Notes: generated by a model from the sequence alone, not told the origin. 64,000 nucleotides of DNA from Eledone cirrhosa (GCA_964016885.1 OZ024741.1:266290001-266354000); one strand, 5' to 3'. Positions 24,771-36,699 are shown, numbered from the stretch's first letter. Program-made: numbers and translations.

Positions 24771-25754
24771 GAAGAGAGAAGAAACATTTAGATATAATTA
24801 GTAATAAAATGTATCATACCTAAACTGCTCCTAAATTCCTCGACTACGTAGTTTCGTGGCATAAACAAAAACAATATATCAAAGATATAGAGTCCTTGCG
24901 AGGTCTGCCGACATATCAAGAGGATACCTCATTTTACTAGTCTCAAGAACGCGTCTACACGACGTGAGAAAGAATCCCAAAAGGCGGAGGGGGAGATAGT
25001 CACGCGATATAACGGTCGAGAAACAGAGCTAAGCCTCTTATAACCCCGAAGAAAATACCACGGAGGCGGAGGGGGTATTTATATCGAGGCCGTAGAAGAG
25101 GTGGTGAAGAAGGCGAGAAGTATGAGTAATGGAAGCTTTCCAGCTGTCCCCACACTTCAAAGTTTGCTCGACCAGAGGGAGTTATTAACAATATATTTAG
25201 AAACACACAGATACATGCGGACACACACACATATATACATGAATGCATCCGCACCCACCTCTTCTACGGCCTCGATATAAATACCCCCTCCGCCTCCGTG
25301 GTATTTTCTTCGGGGTTATAAGAGGCTTAGCTCTGTTTCTCGACCGTTATATCGCGTGACTATCTCCCCCTCCGCCTTTTGGGATTCTTTCTCACGTCGT
25401 GTAGACGCGTTCTTGAGACTAGTAAAATGAGTTATCCTCTTGATAAGTCGGCAGACCTCGCAAGGACTCTATATCTTTGATATATTGTTTTTGTTTATGC
25501 CACGAAACTACGTAGTCGAGGAATTTAGGAGCAGTTTAGGTATGATACATTTTATTACTAATTATATCTAAATGTTTCTTCTCTCTTCATAATGTATTTT
25601 TAACTCTGATACTGGTTCAGTCTAGTTCAACTGAATTGGTCTGTCCCAGTCATTCATTGAGCAACATCGGTGAAGTTGGCACCCTTAACTCACAGTTGGG
25701 TGCGGATGCATTCATGTATATATGTGTGTGTGTCCGCATGTATCTGTGTGTTTC

Positions 25755-25765
<11 letters not shown>
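24765..25765. mobile_element. Young ~600-nt non-coding HHR element in an inverted plus tail-to-head arrangement between (TA)n tracts
   Basis: ~24767-25103 is the near-perfect reverse complement of ~25256-25593; 25191-25257 is the reverse complement of 25697-25763. Confidence 0.88.
25435..25522 (+). ncRNA. Type I hammerhead, U3-A8 variant with an enlarged stem II
   Basis: tcctc-TTGATAA-gtcggca..~45 nt..tgccac-GAAA-ctacgtag-TC-gagga. The minus-strand twin at 24836-24924 has TTGATAT. Confidence 0.75.
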
Positions 25766-25798
<33 letters not shown>

Positions 25799-25843
25799 TT
25801 CAGACATGACATCCTTAATATTGGTACTATATATATATATATA

Positions 25844-26743
25844 TACGAGGTGGGTCAGAAAAGTTCCAGGACTGATGTCACAAAAGATTTATTTCAAACC
25901 CAAACTTCACACTAAGAGTTTTCTCCTGCAAAGTAATCCCCCTGGAGTCTAATGCACTTTTCCATCCTTTTCTGCCACGCTTGCATGCACTCCTCGAAGG
26001 ATTCTTCCGGGATCCACCGCAGTTCCGTCGTCACGGCTTTTTTGATGTCGTCCACGTCTTCAAAACGGGTCCCCTCCGGGTCGTACTCGAAGATCCATGA
26101 CTCATCATCGGTGATGACTGTCCCTAGCAAGTCTGGTTCGGTTTCAAGACGCTCGAGGATGTCCTGGCACACTTCCATGCGTCGACCCTTCTGGTCATCG
26201 TTCAGCAGGTTTGGCACCATCTTCGCGCAGACTTTCCGCATGTCCAAATCTTCAGTGAGAATCTTCCAGACGCTGTCCCGATTCATGCCCAGCTCATTTG
26301 CCATCAGTCGAACAGTCAGCCGACGATGGCTACGCACCATCTGCCTGACGCGCTCAACGTTGACCTCAGTCCTGGTTGTTGAGGGTCTTCCGCTCCTGGG
26401 GTCATCTTCCACGTCCTTGTGTCCTTCTTTAAACCTCTTGCACCACTCAAAAACACGTGAGCGTGACATCGTCTCATCTCCATACACTTGCTGCAGCAAT
26501 CCCAGTGCTTCTGGCGGAGTTTTCAAGTTTGTTCGTTGCTCTGTGCTCATTGCTTGACGGCCTGAAACAGAGGACATGTATATAAAATGATGTAGAAAAA
26601 AGTTTGATCGCTGCAGAGAGCTAAGATTACAGTTACATATTCCAGGGGGATTACTTTGAAGGAGAAAACTCTTAGTGTGAAGTTTGAGTTTGAAATAAAT
26701 ATTTTGTGACATCAGTCCTGGAACTTTTCTGTCACACCTCCTA
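25844..26743 (-). mobile_element. Mariner (Tc1/mariner) element, internally deleted, with ~100-bp inverted ends, inserted in (TA)n
   Basis: Ends tacgaggtgggtcagaaaagttccaggact / agtcctggaacttttctgtcacacctccta; contains a transposase remnant. Confidence 0.93.
25912..26550 (-). pseudogene. Mariner transposase remnant
   Basis: HTH region SRSRVFEWCKRFKEG..DDPRSGRPST, AKMVPNLL (WVPHEL-like), VITDDESWIFEYDPE joined directly to GTRFEDVDDIK..W.KR..KCI..QGDYF. The segment with the 2nd and 3rd catalytic Asp is deleted. Confidence 0.92.
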
Positions 26744-26749
26744 TATATA

Positions 26750-26950
26750 TGACAAAGAAAGTGTGGTAAGGAACCAGGAGGGACATAACGCACTAGAGTA
26801 CTCGATACTTAGCGTAGTAGAGTGGGTAATAGGAAGAGTCAGGACACCGACGGCTGAGCTCCGGCCGTTTCGACAGCTAGATCCGAACAGTTCGGATCTA
26901 GCTGTCGAAACGGCCGGAGCTCAGCCGTCGGGGTCCTGACTCTTTTCCTA
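26750..26950. mobile_element. Fold-back PLE-like 3' fragment with half an HHR
   Basis: Hairpin centred on ccgaac-a-gttcgg (26889); gtc-GAAA-cggc-cggagctca-gccg-TC-ggggtc. Confidence 0.78.
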
Positions 26951-27379
26951 TATATATACTCACCCATATTTTACACTTGCCACAACTTCACCATCTACAA
27001 GTCTTCATATGTTATTATAGCTGTTATTGTTGTTATTGTTCTGTCGTTCCACATCAGTCCTGCTGATCGATTACCTATAATAAAAATCACTTTAGCCGTG
27101 ACCATGATCAAAGTCAGTTTAGATGTAGCCATCTTGTGATTTTATATATATATATATCAAGTAAGTATGTTTTGAAACAGTGAGCAAGTTTGAAATTAGA
27201 AAATATATAGCTTTCACCGTATTTTTTACTAAAGAAATTTTAGCCTGATAATGGGGTTTAGAACCCTCAGATAAATGGAAAAAGATGAGTATTGACGTAC
27301 ATGTACGTCATCAGGCTAAAATTCCTTTAGTCAAAAATACGAAAAATACTCTATCTAAAAATACTCTATCTCAAAATTA

Positions 27380-27417
27380 TTTTTGAAAAGCATTTAGAAA
27401 TGCGCAACCGGTAAAAA
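27380..27417 (+). ncRNA. Degenerate U3-A8 hammerhead
   Basis: ttt-TTGAAAA-gcattt ag aaatgc-GCAA-ccgg-TA-aaa (GAAA mutated). Confidence 0.5.
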
Positions 27418-27534
27418 CTTAAAAACTTAAAACCACAACTGAATACTAACCCATACAATCACTAATACTCTTTTATTCCTAATTAAACCTTTTTTCAACT
27501 GTGAACAATTTGTCAGCATTTTCTATTCCGTTTA

Positions 27535-27599
<65 letters not shown>

Positions 27600-27632
27600 A
27601 ATAAGTGGAAACTATCTTTATAAAACCATATT

Positions 27633-27693
27633 TATTTTATTATATATATTTCAAGGGTACCAGTATTTTGGTACGCTCCCATCAGATAAAATA
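27633..27693 (-). ncRNA. Minimal hammerhead (A9 mutated)
   Basis: tattttat-CTGATGG-gagcgtacca..tggtaccctt-GAAA-tatata-TA-ataaaata. Confidence 0.6.
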
Positions 27694-28205
27694 CAAAAAT
27701 TAGTTTACAGATCGTGACATAAGAACTTAATGTTGTGAGTTTTGTGTGAACAAAACTTCAAACTTCGAGATGAATATGCTAATGAGGATAACGTTAAAAC
27801 TGAAAAAGACCGTTATTTTTACACGCTAGGTATATTTAAATAATTATTATAATTATTTTTTAATAAGAAAAGGAAAGCGAGGTTACTATTAAGGTGGAAG
27901 AAAAATTGAAGAAAAGATTTTAAGAAAAAAATATTTAAAGTTACTTACAGAATATTTATAGGAATGTACGTATATAAGTGTCCGAAACATATTTGCAAGG
28001 GTGTAGAAAGAATGAAATAATTATATTTATTTTTATTTATTTAATTATATATTTTGGAAGTATTTATAATATAATGTGTGAATTATAAATAAATGTATTA
28101 AACTGAGAAACTATTAATTCATTTTTATATTTATATATACGATTGGATGTATTCTACGGGTGTGATTTAATATTATGAAGATTGCAGTTATAAGTATATT
28201 TTATT

Positions 28206-28670
28206 GTGAATTGGCAGTATCGGGAGAGGGTCGGACACCATGCTTTGACGCATAGAGTTACGGCCCTTGCCATTCTGAGTTCAAATCCCGCCGAGGTTAA
28301 CTTTGCCTTTCATCCTTACGGGGTCGATAAAATAAAGTACCAGTAATACACTGGGAAATTGCTGGCCTTGTGCCAAAAGTAGAAACAATTAATTATAATC
28401 CCTACGGGGTCGATAAAATAAAGTACCAGTAATGCACTGGGTAATTGCTGGCCTTGGGCCTAAAGTAGAAACAATTAATTATAATCGGTGAATTGTCAGT
28501 ATCCGTAGAGGGTCGGACGCCATGCTTTCCAGCATAGTTACGTCCCTTTACAGTCTGAGTTCAAATCCCGCCGAGGTTAACTTTGCCTTTCATCCTTACG
28601 GGGTCGATAAAATAAAGTACCAGCAATGTACTGGATAATTGCTGACCTTGTGCCAATAGTAGAAACAATT
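28206..28670 (+). mobile_element. SINE cluster (two full copies, one partial)
   Basis: Consensus matches. Confidence 0.9.
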
Positions 28671-28811
28671 AATTATATCTATGTATAAATTTGATGATAT
28701 TAAGTATTTGTATGTATGCATTTAAAAGACTTATAAAGGCTATTAGAAAAATGTTCAATAACCATCAAAAATAGCTTCAAAAAATCATTATATATATATA
28801 TATGTATATAC

Positions 28812-28863
<52 letters not shown>

Positions 28864-28870
28864 AGAGCTC

Positions 28871-28950
<80 letters not shown>

Positions 28951-29036
28951 GAGCTCTTCTTTTATATATATATACAATATGTTGAAAAGGTAACACACCA
29001 GAGAGAGATATACAGTCTATGGCTCCGTTAATTTAT

Positions 29037-29072
<36 letters not shown>

Positions 29073-29112
29073 ATATATATATATAATTATGTAATAAACA
29101 ACATAAGACAAT

Positions 29113-29184
29113 TATTCCATTTACCAAAGGTTTACGAAGACAGACGAGCTCAACAGAGACGTCTGAAATCGTTCATCAGAATGA
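29113..29184 (-). ncRNA. Degenerate hammerhead
   Basis: ttcatt-CTGATGA-acga..cagacg..cgtctg..tcgt-AAA-cctttgg-TA-aatgga (G12 missing). Confidence 0.5.
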
Positions 29185-29359
29185 AAAATTTAATATGGAC
29201 GTAACATAGGCTAAAAACAATTGAAAGCGAGGCTGATATAAAATAAAATAAAGATGAGAAATAAAATAAAATAACGGGGAAAAAATATACACTGTAGTAT
29301 ACATAGAGCACTCTCCTTTCCTTTACCCTTCCTACGGAAATACTTCACATATATATATA

Positions 29360-29759
29360 TTAGAAATATAAGCTATCGCCGTATTTTGACTAAAGAAATT
29401 AAAGAAATTATTTAGCCTGATAGTGGGGTTAAGAACCCTCGGAGAAATGGAAAATGATGAGTATTGACGTACATGGGTGTCGAACCCACATCTGCGGTTA
29501 TCCAGGCTACTGTGCTACCATTACACCAACACATCACCCGTCTTCTTCCATTCAAATTAGAAGCTATAATCTTAGCAAGTGTAATATGTCAAGTAAGAAT
29601 ATTTTCGAAACAGCGAGCGGGTTTGAAATTAGAAATATAAGCTAAGTTCTTAACCCCACTATCAGGCTAAATAATTTCTTTAATTTCTTTAGTCAAAATA
29701 CGGCGATAGCTTATATATCTAATTTCAAATCCACTCGCTGTTTCGAAAATATTCTTGCT

Positions 29760-29762
<3 letters not shown>
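29360..29762. mobile_element. ~275-nt (TA)n-inserted element with an internal tRNA-like segment, tail-to-head plus fold-back
   Basis: Minus strand 29465-29535 reads tggtgtaatggtagcac...gtgggttcgacacccat. 29645-29762 is inverted relative to the left part. Related copy at 27157-27340. Confidence 0.72.
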
Positions 29763-29820
<58 letters not shown>

Positions 29821-30080
29821 ATCATATCGTTCAACGCGTCCCTCGTTTCATTTTTGAGACAGACACATGAGAAAGATTTAGCTATTATTTCTAGCTTGTT
29901 GGTCAATGACTAGGTGGAAAGGAAGTTGACTTTTCTGCTTTCTTCAAACTGGCTTAAATATAGACATATACAAACATAGACACATATGACACACATATAT
30001 ACAACTAAATATATATATATACTGCCACTATTGGAATTGAATAATCAAAACCGTAGCGGTCTGTCGCATATTAAATCTTA

Positions 30081-30143
30081 TATTTTATTTGATGAAAACG
30101 TACTTGAACACCATTGTACCTTTGAAATATGTATAATAAAATA
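30081..30143 (+). ncRNA. Minimal hammerhead (C3 mutated to U)
   Basis: tattttat-TTGATGA-aaacgtac..gtaccttt-GAAA-tatgta-TA-ataaaata. Downstream sequence is homologous to the 8670-9061 family. Confidence 0.62.
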
Positions 30144-30305
30144 TATATTTTGATTATGATAATATTTCTCATTTATTAATATTTTGAATAATATTAAATA
30201 TTCCAGGAAAATTCTTTGTCGAATGCTTCTAATCTATTGTAAAATTGTATTCGTTGAATAATCAACGAACCATATTAATCTTTGGTTATATATATATATG
30301 TATAT

Positions 30306-30861
30306 AAGGAACGCTTCCTGAACCATCAGTCGACCTTTAAGTACCCGGACAAACGATCAGCCACGAAACTCTCGAGCCACGTATAGTCCCTCAAAGACTC
30401 AAGTATAGACTACTCCATTCAATGGAAAGCCATCACTAAGTCCAAGCCATACGCAAGGGGCAATCCGTCGTGTGGACTGTGTATTGAAGAAAGGATAAAT
30501 ATTCTAAGGTGATTACGCAATAGCGATTGCCTAAATTGAAGAAATGAAATCTTCTCACGTTGTCCACATGTCTGGAAACACCTCTTGAATAACAACATTC
30601 TAATTTTCTTATCAACTCGAACATTTTTTTCAACTTTTGCAGTTAACTGCCTTACACGTTTCGCCCGTGGCTTTGTATCGCTTGGGTGAAGTGACCGTTT
30701 CTGCGCATGCACGTTCATACGGTTGTTCTTTCTGAAGATCCGCTAAGGTGAAACAATTGTTCTCGGTATGGTGAACTAACTGTTGTGTTACCACTTCTAC
30801 CTAACTTGTGCCATGGACTGAGTGCTCTACCACTACGGATAATACCTTCCAGTGTTCTACC
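30306..30861 (+). mobile_element. 5'-truncated Penelope-like element (GIY-YIG C-terminus, 3' UTR, HHR at 30732-30766)
   Basis: Frame from 30306: KERFLNHQSTFKYPDKRSATKLSSHV*SLKDSSIDYSIQWKAITKSKPYARGNPSCGLCIEER..CLN*RNEIFSRCPH, then CTGAAGA-tccgctaaggt-GAAA-caattg-TT-ctcg. Confidence 0.85.
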
Positions 30862-30885
30862 TCTCTCTCTATATATATATTTATT

Positions 30886-30992
<107 letters not shown>

Positions 30993-31099
30993 TATTTTTG
31001 GCAATATGCTGTGTTTTAATTAAAAACATTTTGAAGACCATTCGCTATCAGTTTTAAAGTAGTGACTGTCACTTACTTATTCTCGGCAAAAACAACAGA

Positions 31100-31167
<68 letters not shown>

Positions 31168-31408
31168 TACCGAGAATCGTATTTCGGGTATTGGAAATTA
31201 GCGAAAAAAACAACTTCCGAGATGTGTGGCAAGCACTCCATAGAAGCTAATGAACTAGAGCTACAACATAAGTTAAAAGGCCAAACACACTGAGACGATG
31301 GTTAAACCATTATCCGAACAGCCATAGAAACGACCAAGTAATTCGGGTCAAACAAATAAAAAAAATGTGATTGAAAAATTTACATGGAACCTTGGATGGT
31401 TGGTTAAA

Positions 31409-31452
<44 letters not shown>

Positions 31453-31461
31453 CACACACAT

Positions 31462-31518
<57 letters not shown>

Positions 31519-31754
31519 ATATATATATATTATATACGTAATATGACAACTGTAGTGGTTTTTGTACCTTATATATGTTCGTAACAGTGTATAAAGTTTC
31601 GTTGAGAAGTTAAATAAAAAACGCTCTTTTTATTATCCATTAATTTTTTCCGGATTTACCTGTGCCACACTATGAGTGTGTGTGTGTGTCTTTGTGTATG
31701 TGTTTGTGTGTGTGTGTGTGTGTGTGTGCGTGTGTTTGTGTTTGTGTGACTGTG

Positions 31755-31821
<67 letters not shown>

Positions 31822-32331
31822 CTGTGTTTCTGTGAGTGTGTGTCTATAGAGAGAGATGGAGATGGACGTAAATGTCTGCTGTTTTTTATTGATGTCACCA
31901 CCACTACCACCACCAACACCACACCCCCTCCCGATCACCAACACCACACCACCACCAACACCATCCCCATTAAAAACACTACCACCACCACCAACACCAT
32001 CCCCATTAAAAACACTACCACCACCACCAACACCACCCCTATTACCACCATTACCACAACCAACACTAACACCACCACCACCACCAACACTACTACCCCC
32101 CCCCCCCCAGCATCATCACCCCACCACCACCACTACCACCACCAACATCACCACCAAGTATTTATTTATTTCCTTTCCTTTTTTATATATTAATTCTCCT
32201 CTAATCTAGTTCTTTGCACTCGTCTTCTTCTTCTTCTTCTTCTTCTTCTTCTTCTTCTTCTTCTTCTTCATACGTCAAGTTTGTTCATGTTCTCTTTTTA
32301 ACAACTTTCTATGACATTAAAACTGGTCTAG

Positions 32332-33288
32332 TAAGGTGTCCCACTCTAACTGGTCTGGATTAGGGGGTGGAGGGTCCGTTAAGGTGTCCCACTCTAACTG
32401 GTCTGGATTAGGGGGTGGAGGGTCCGTTAAGGTGTCCCACTCTAACTGGTCTGGATTAGGGGGTGGAGGGTCCGTTAAGGTGTCCCACTCTAACTGGTCT
32501 GGATTAGGGGGTGGAGGGTCCGTTAAGGTGTCCCACTCTAACTGGTCTGGATTAGGGGGTGGAGGGTCCGTTAAGGTGTCCCACTCTAACTGGTCTGGAT
32601 TAGGGGGTGGAGGGTCCGTTAAGGTGTCCCACTCTAACTGGTCTGGATTAGGAGGTGGGGTGTCCGTTAAGGTGTCCCACTCTAACTGGTCTGGATTAGG
32701 GGGTGGAGGGTCCGTTAAGGTGTCCCACTCTAACTGGTCTGGATTAGGGGGTGGAGGGTCCGTTAAGGTGTCCCACTCTAACTGGTCTGGATTAGGAGGT
32801 GGAGGGTCCGTTAAGGTGTCCCACTCTAACTGGTCTGGATTAGGGGGTGGAGGGTCCGTTAAGGTGTCCCACTCTAACTGGTCTGGATTAGGGGGTGGAG
32901 GGTCCGTTAAGGTGTCCCACTCTAACTGGTCTGGATTAGGGGGTGGAGGGTCCGTTAAGGTGTCCCACTCTAACTGGTCTGGATTAGGAGGTGGAGGGTC
33001 CGTTAAGGTGTCCCTCTCTAACTGGTCTGGATTAGGGGGTGGAGGGTCCGTTAAGGTGTCCCACTCTAACTGGTCTGGATTAGGAGGTGGAGGGTCCGTT
33101 AAGGTGTCCCTCTCTAACTGGTCTGGATTAGGGGGTGGAGGGTCCGTTAAGGTGTCCCTCTCTAACTGGTCTGGATTAGGGGGTGGAGGGTCCGTTAAGG
33201 TGTCCCTCTCTAACTGGTCTGGATTAGGAGGTGGAGGGTCCGTTAAGGTGTCCCACTCTAACTGGTCTGGATTAGGAGGTGGAGGGTT
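32332..33288. repeat. 48-bp G-rich minisatellite (AAGGTGTCCCACTCTAACTGGTCTGGATTAGGGGGTGGAGGGTCCGTT), ~20 copies
   Basis: Nearly identical tandem units. The 492-aa ORF is its translation. Confidence 0.97.
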
Positions 33289-33338
33289 CGTGTTATATCA
33301 CCGATACTCATTGTTTCCGGTTGGATTTGACCCCCGTT

Positions 33339-33404
33339 GTCATCATCATCATCACCATCATCATTCTCATCCTCATCATCACCATCATGGCCGTCATCAT
33401 CATC

Positions 33405-33436
<32 letters not shown>

Positions 33437-33875
33437 CACCACCATCATCATCATCATCACCACCATCATCACCATCATGGCCGTCATCATCATCATCTTA
33501 ACCATCGCCGTCATCATCACTGTTCCCCTAAAATACTAGATACCCACAATCCTCCTCCTCTTCCCATTGTAGCTTTCATAATCAGTTGTGGTTGGGTTAT
33601 TAGCCCCCTACCACCACCATCTTCGTCGCTATCTTCCTCATCATCATTATCGCCGTCGCCACCACCGCCACCATCATCATCCTCAACAACGTCATCATCA
33701 ATGTCATTATCATCATTATCATCATTATCATCATCATCATCATCTTCGTCATCATCATCATTGTCATCATTATCGTCGTCATCATCATCATCATCATCAC
33801 CACCATCGTCGTAGTCATCATCATCATCACCACCATCGTCGTAGTCATCACCACCATCATCATCATCATCATCAC
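33339..33875. repeat. (CAT/CAC/CGT)n tracts
   Basis: Direct reading. Confidence 0.9.
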
Positions 33876-34012
33876 ATGGTCGAGAGATTTGTCCCCTGGC
33901 CATCGATAGGACTTGAATCGCTAGACGGAATTTAAGCTCACAATGCAAGCAGAATGCAGGAACAGATACCTCAAGACATCTTGCTGTGGTCCCGTAAAAA
34001 ATAAAACAACAA

Positions 34013-34055
34013 TATTCCTGATGAGGAGACTGCGAAAGTCTAGAGACGTCGAATA
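34013..34055 (+). ncRNA. Degenerate minimal hammerhead
   Basis: tattc-CTGATGA-ggagact gcgaa agtcta-GAGA-cg-TC-gaata. Confidence 0.55.
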
Positions 34056-34673
34056 AATTATGGATTTAGGGACTTATTCCAAACGAGAAACAAGAGATTT
34101 ATAAGAACATATTAGAAAAATCTGTTCAAGCTTAGTCGTATCTTTAACAATCATAATATAATAAAAGAAGGAGTGCGGGACTGCGTCCTGAATAACTTTT
34201 TTTTATCCCGTTTGTAAAATAAGTTGGATTACTTTGAATAAATAATGAATGAATATTACATAATTTATCTACTAAATTTCGTAACTCTTGATTAACTATA
34301 AATAATTTTGTTGCTTATTTTAAGATTCACTTCTTTTAAATTTTCAAATGGCAACTCTTCCGGTTAGCGTTGTTATATTATAACACTTATTACATCCTTA
34401 TACAAACGCTCATATTTCCATCTCTAATTTTCTCCTAATGTAGTTTATATATAATATCGTCTTTTTTAAATGTACCATGGATTACGTTACTGATTACATA
34501 AGACAGTGTAACGCAGTCTCTCTTCAATTTCTGTGTATATTGTTAATTACGATTTTATTTGATGTATCATATCTAAATGTATATATACTTGCGTATAATA
34601 TCAATATGCACACTACTACACATGCTAGCAGAAAAACCACCCTTCGGGTACTCATAAGAAAAGCTGTTCCCTA

Positions 34674-34874
34674 TACGAGGATAGGCTGAAAGATTCATAG
34701 GCTGACCAAGATACTCTCATGGAATGACCAAATGAGGTTTATCTTTCACCATAGTCCCTGGAAAGAAACAATGTAGTTATTAATAAGAAGAGTTGAAATT
34801 AATGCATGCAAGATTTCACAGCTCTAGCACCAATCCTTCATAGTCAGCCTATGAACTGTCAGCCGATCCTCGCA
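34674..34874. mobile_element. Mariner-type MITE (~200 bp)
   Basis: TIRs tacgaggataggctgaaagattcataggctgac / gtcagcctatgaactgtcagccgatcctcgca with TA flanks. Confidence 0.8.
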
Positions 34875-35188
34875 TATACAAATATTTGTGTGCGCGCCTG
34901 TGGGTGGATGTGTGTGTGTGTGTGTATGTGGTTGAGTGTGTGTTTCGGAGTTGTACTTGTCTAGCAAGTGACTTGATCTGAGACCGTGAGTTGAGATTAA
35001 AATAGTTACTACGTGAAAGAGCCATTTTCGCCATTAAAAAACATACAAAAACCATTAACTTTACTTTCAATGACTGTTAGTGACCAGGTCGCATAGAGAG
35101 CGACGAACATTTTGACACCAAGAAATAAATGATAAATGTAAAGAGATTTTCTGTGTTTTTAAAATGACTAAAATGACAAATCCACGTG

Positions 35189-35315
<127 letters not shown>

Positions 35316-35406
35316 GTATATTGATAGTCTGCGGTACTTGAACCGGGAAGATAGCAAATTAGAGCAGTAGTCGATACATGGTATGATGCAGTGCTCAGGA
35401 TAGTTA

Positions 35407-35485
<79 letters not shown>

Positions 35486-35488
35486 AAA

Positions 35489-35950
35489 TATGAAAATAAT
35501 AGGCTGCCCGTTGCAAATGGTGGGGCATGTGAAAAAGTAGGTCCTTCATCAGTGACCCTCCAACCGTCCCAGGCATTTCATCGCTTTAAGGGCCATATGC
35601 CTCAGGTTGGTGCGAACAACGGCTAAAAAAAGTCGTTGGGACACGTAAACAAAGGGGACGCCAGGGTAACAAACAAAAAAGTTTAAGCAACGGAAAGTGA
35701 GAAGAAATAGACAAGTCCCAGATCTCTATGAATATAAACTCGGTGAAATCGTGAACAAGAGACAAAAGACCATCAAACCTGGTTGAAATGTGAGCAAGGA
35801 AAGAATTTCGCCCAAGTTTGACGGGGGGGGGGGGGGGGAGAAAAGAGAGGAGAAGAAGAAGAAGAAGAAGAAGAAGAAGAAGAAGAAGAAGAAGAAGAAG
35901 AAGAAGAAGAAGAAGATAAAGGGGTCTGGTCTACGAATTCGGTAAACATA
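35489..35950 (-). mobile_element. ~460-nt non-coding element, copy C of the permuted-HHR family
   Basis: Homologous to copy A across the body (e.g. gctcacat, gatggtc, gatttcacc, acttgtct, tttccgttgc); pyrimidine tract expanded as (CTT)n. Confidence 0.8.
35541..35642 (-). ncRNA. Candidate non-cyclically permuted (pseudoknotted) hammerhead, copy C, complete
   Basis: gtcc caacgact..agccgttg t tcgc a ccaacc tga GGCAT A tggccct taaa gcga t GAA ATGCC tgggac ggttgg agggtca CTGATGA a ggac. Confidence 0.78.
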
Positions 35951-36182
35951 AGTTTTGTGAAGTCATATATATATATATATATATAAACTATATATTGAGA
36001 AATAAATGTTATACTCTGCAGTTGTACAAGTGTTTAAATGCATCGATGTATTTTAAAGATGTCACTTCATTTCGATTCTGTTTGCAGCTAGCCACCATAT
36101 ATATGTGTGTGTTTCTGTGTTTCTGTGTTTCTGTGTGCAAATATATATATGCATGTGTGTATGTGTGTATATATGTCCGTCG

Positions 36183-36250
<68 letters not shown>

Positions 36251-36330
36251 GCCCACAGATGTGTACATATTTATATCTGTTTATATGTGTGTGTATGATC
36301 GTTTTATATAAAGAGTAGGTGTTTTTGTCG

Positions 36331-36370
<40 letters not shown>

Positions 36371-36699
36371 TACACATACACACATACGCACACGCACGCG
36401 CGCACACACGCACACACACACACACACACACCTACACACACACTCTTACATGCAGGATGTAACATTGCAGAATTTTGTTGGGTGGTGGGTTGTGGGTGAG
36501 GTATTGAAACGCAGCAGGAAATGAAAGCTAAATTGCTACGCATGCCCAAGTGAATATCTAGTTGTTAACCTTTTCTATGCTGTGTTTACATACGCCATGT
36601 TAACTTCATTTTTTTATTACGTTTTTCTTTTGTTTTTTTTTTTGTTAATACGAGATTTATCCCTCACTAATATGTAATTTTTTTTTACCATTAAATAGG

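Noticed and set aside
28857-28965. Short palindrome aaaagaagagctcaac-(TA)n-gttgagctcttctttt
   Set aside because: Only ~16-bp arms around a self-complementary (TA)n; could be a template switch or assembly artefact, with no independent function evident.
29465-29535. Functional tRNA gene
   Set aside because: A/B boxes are present but I could not fit a convincing acceptor or anticodon stem; embedded in a repeat element.
32336-33814. 492-aa Gly/Ser/His-rich ORF
   Set aside because: A 48-bp minisatellite plus (CAT)n read-through; no splice or homology support.
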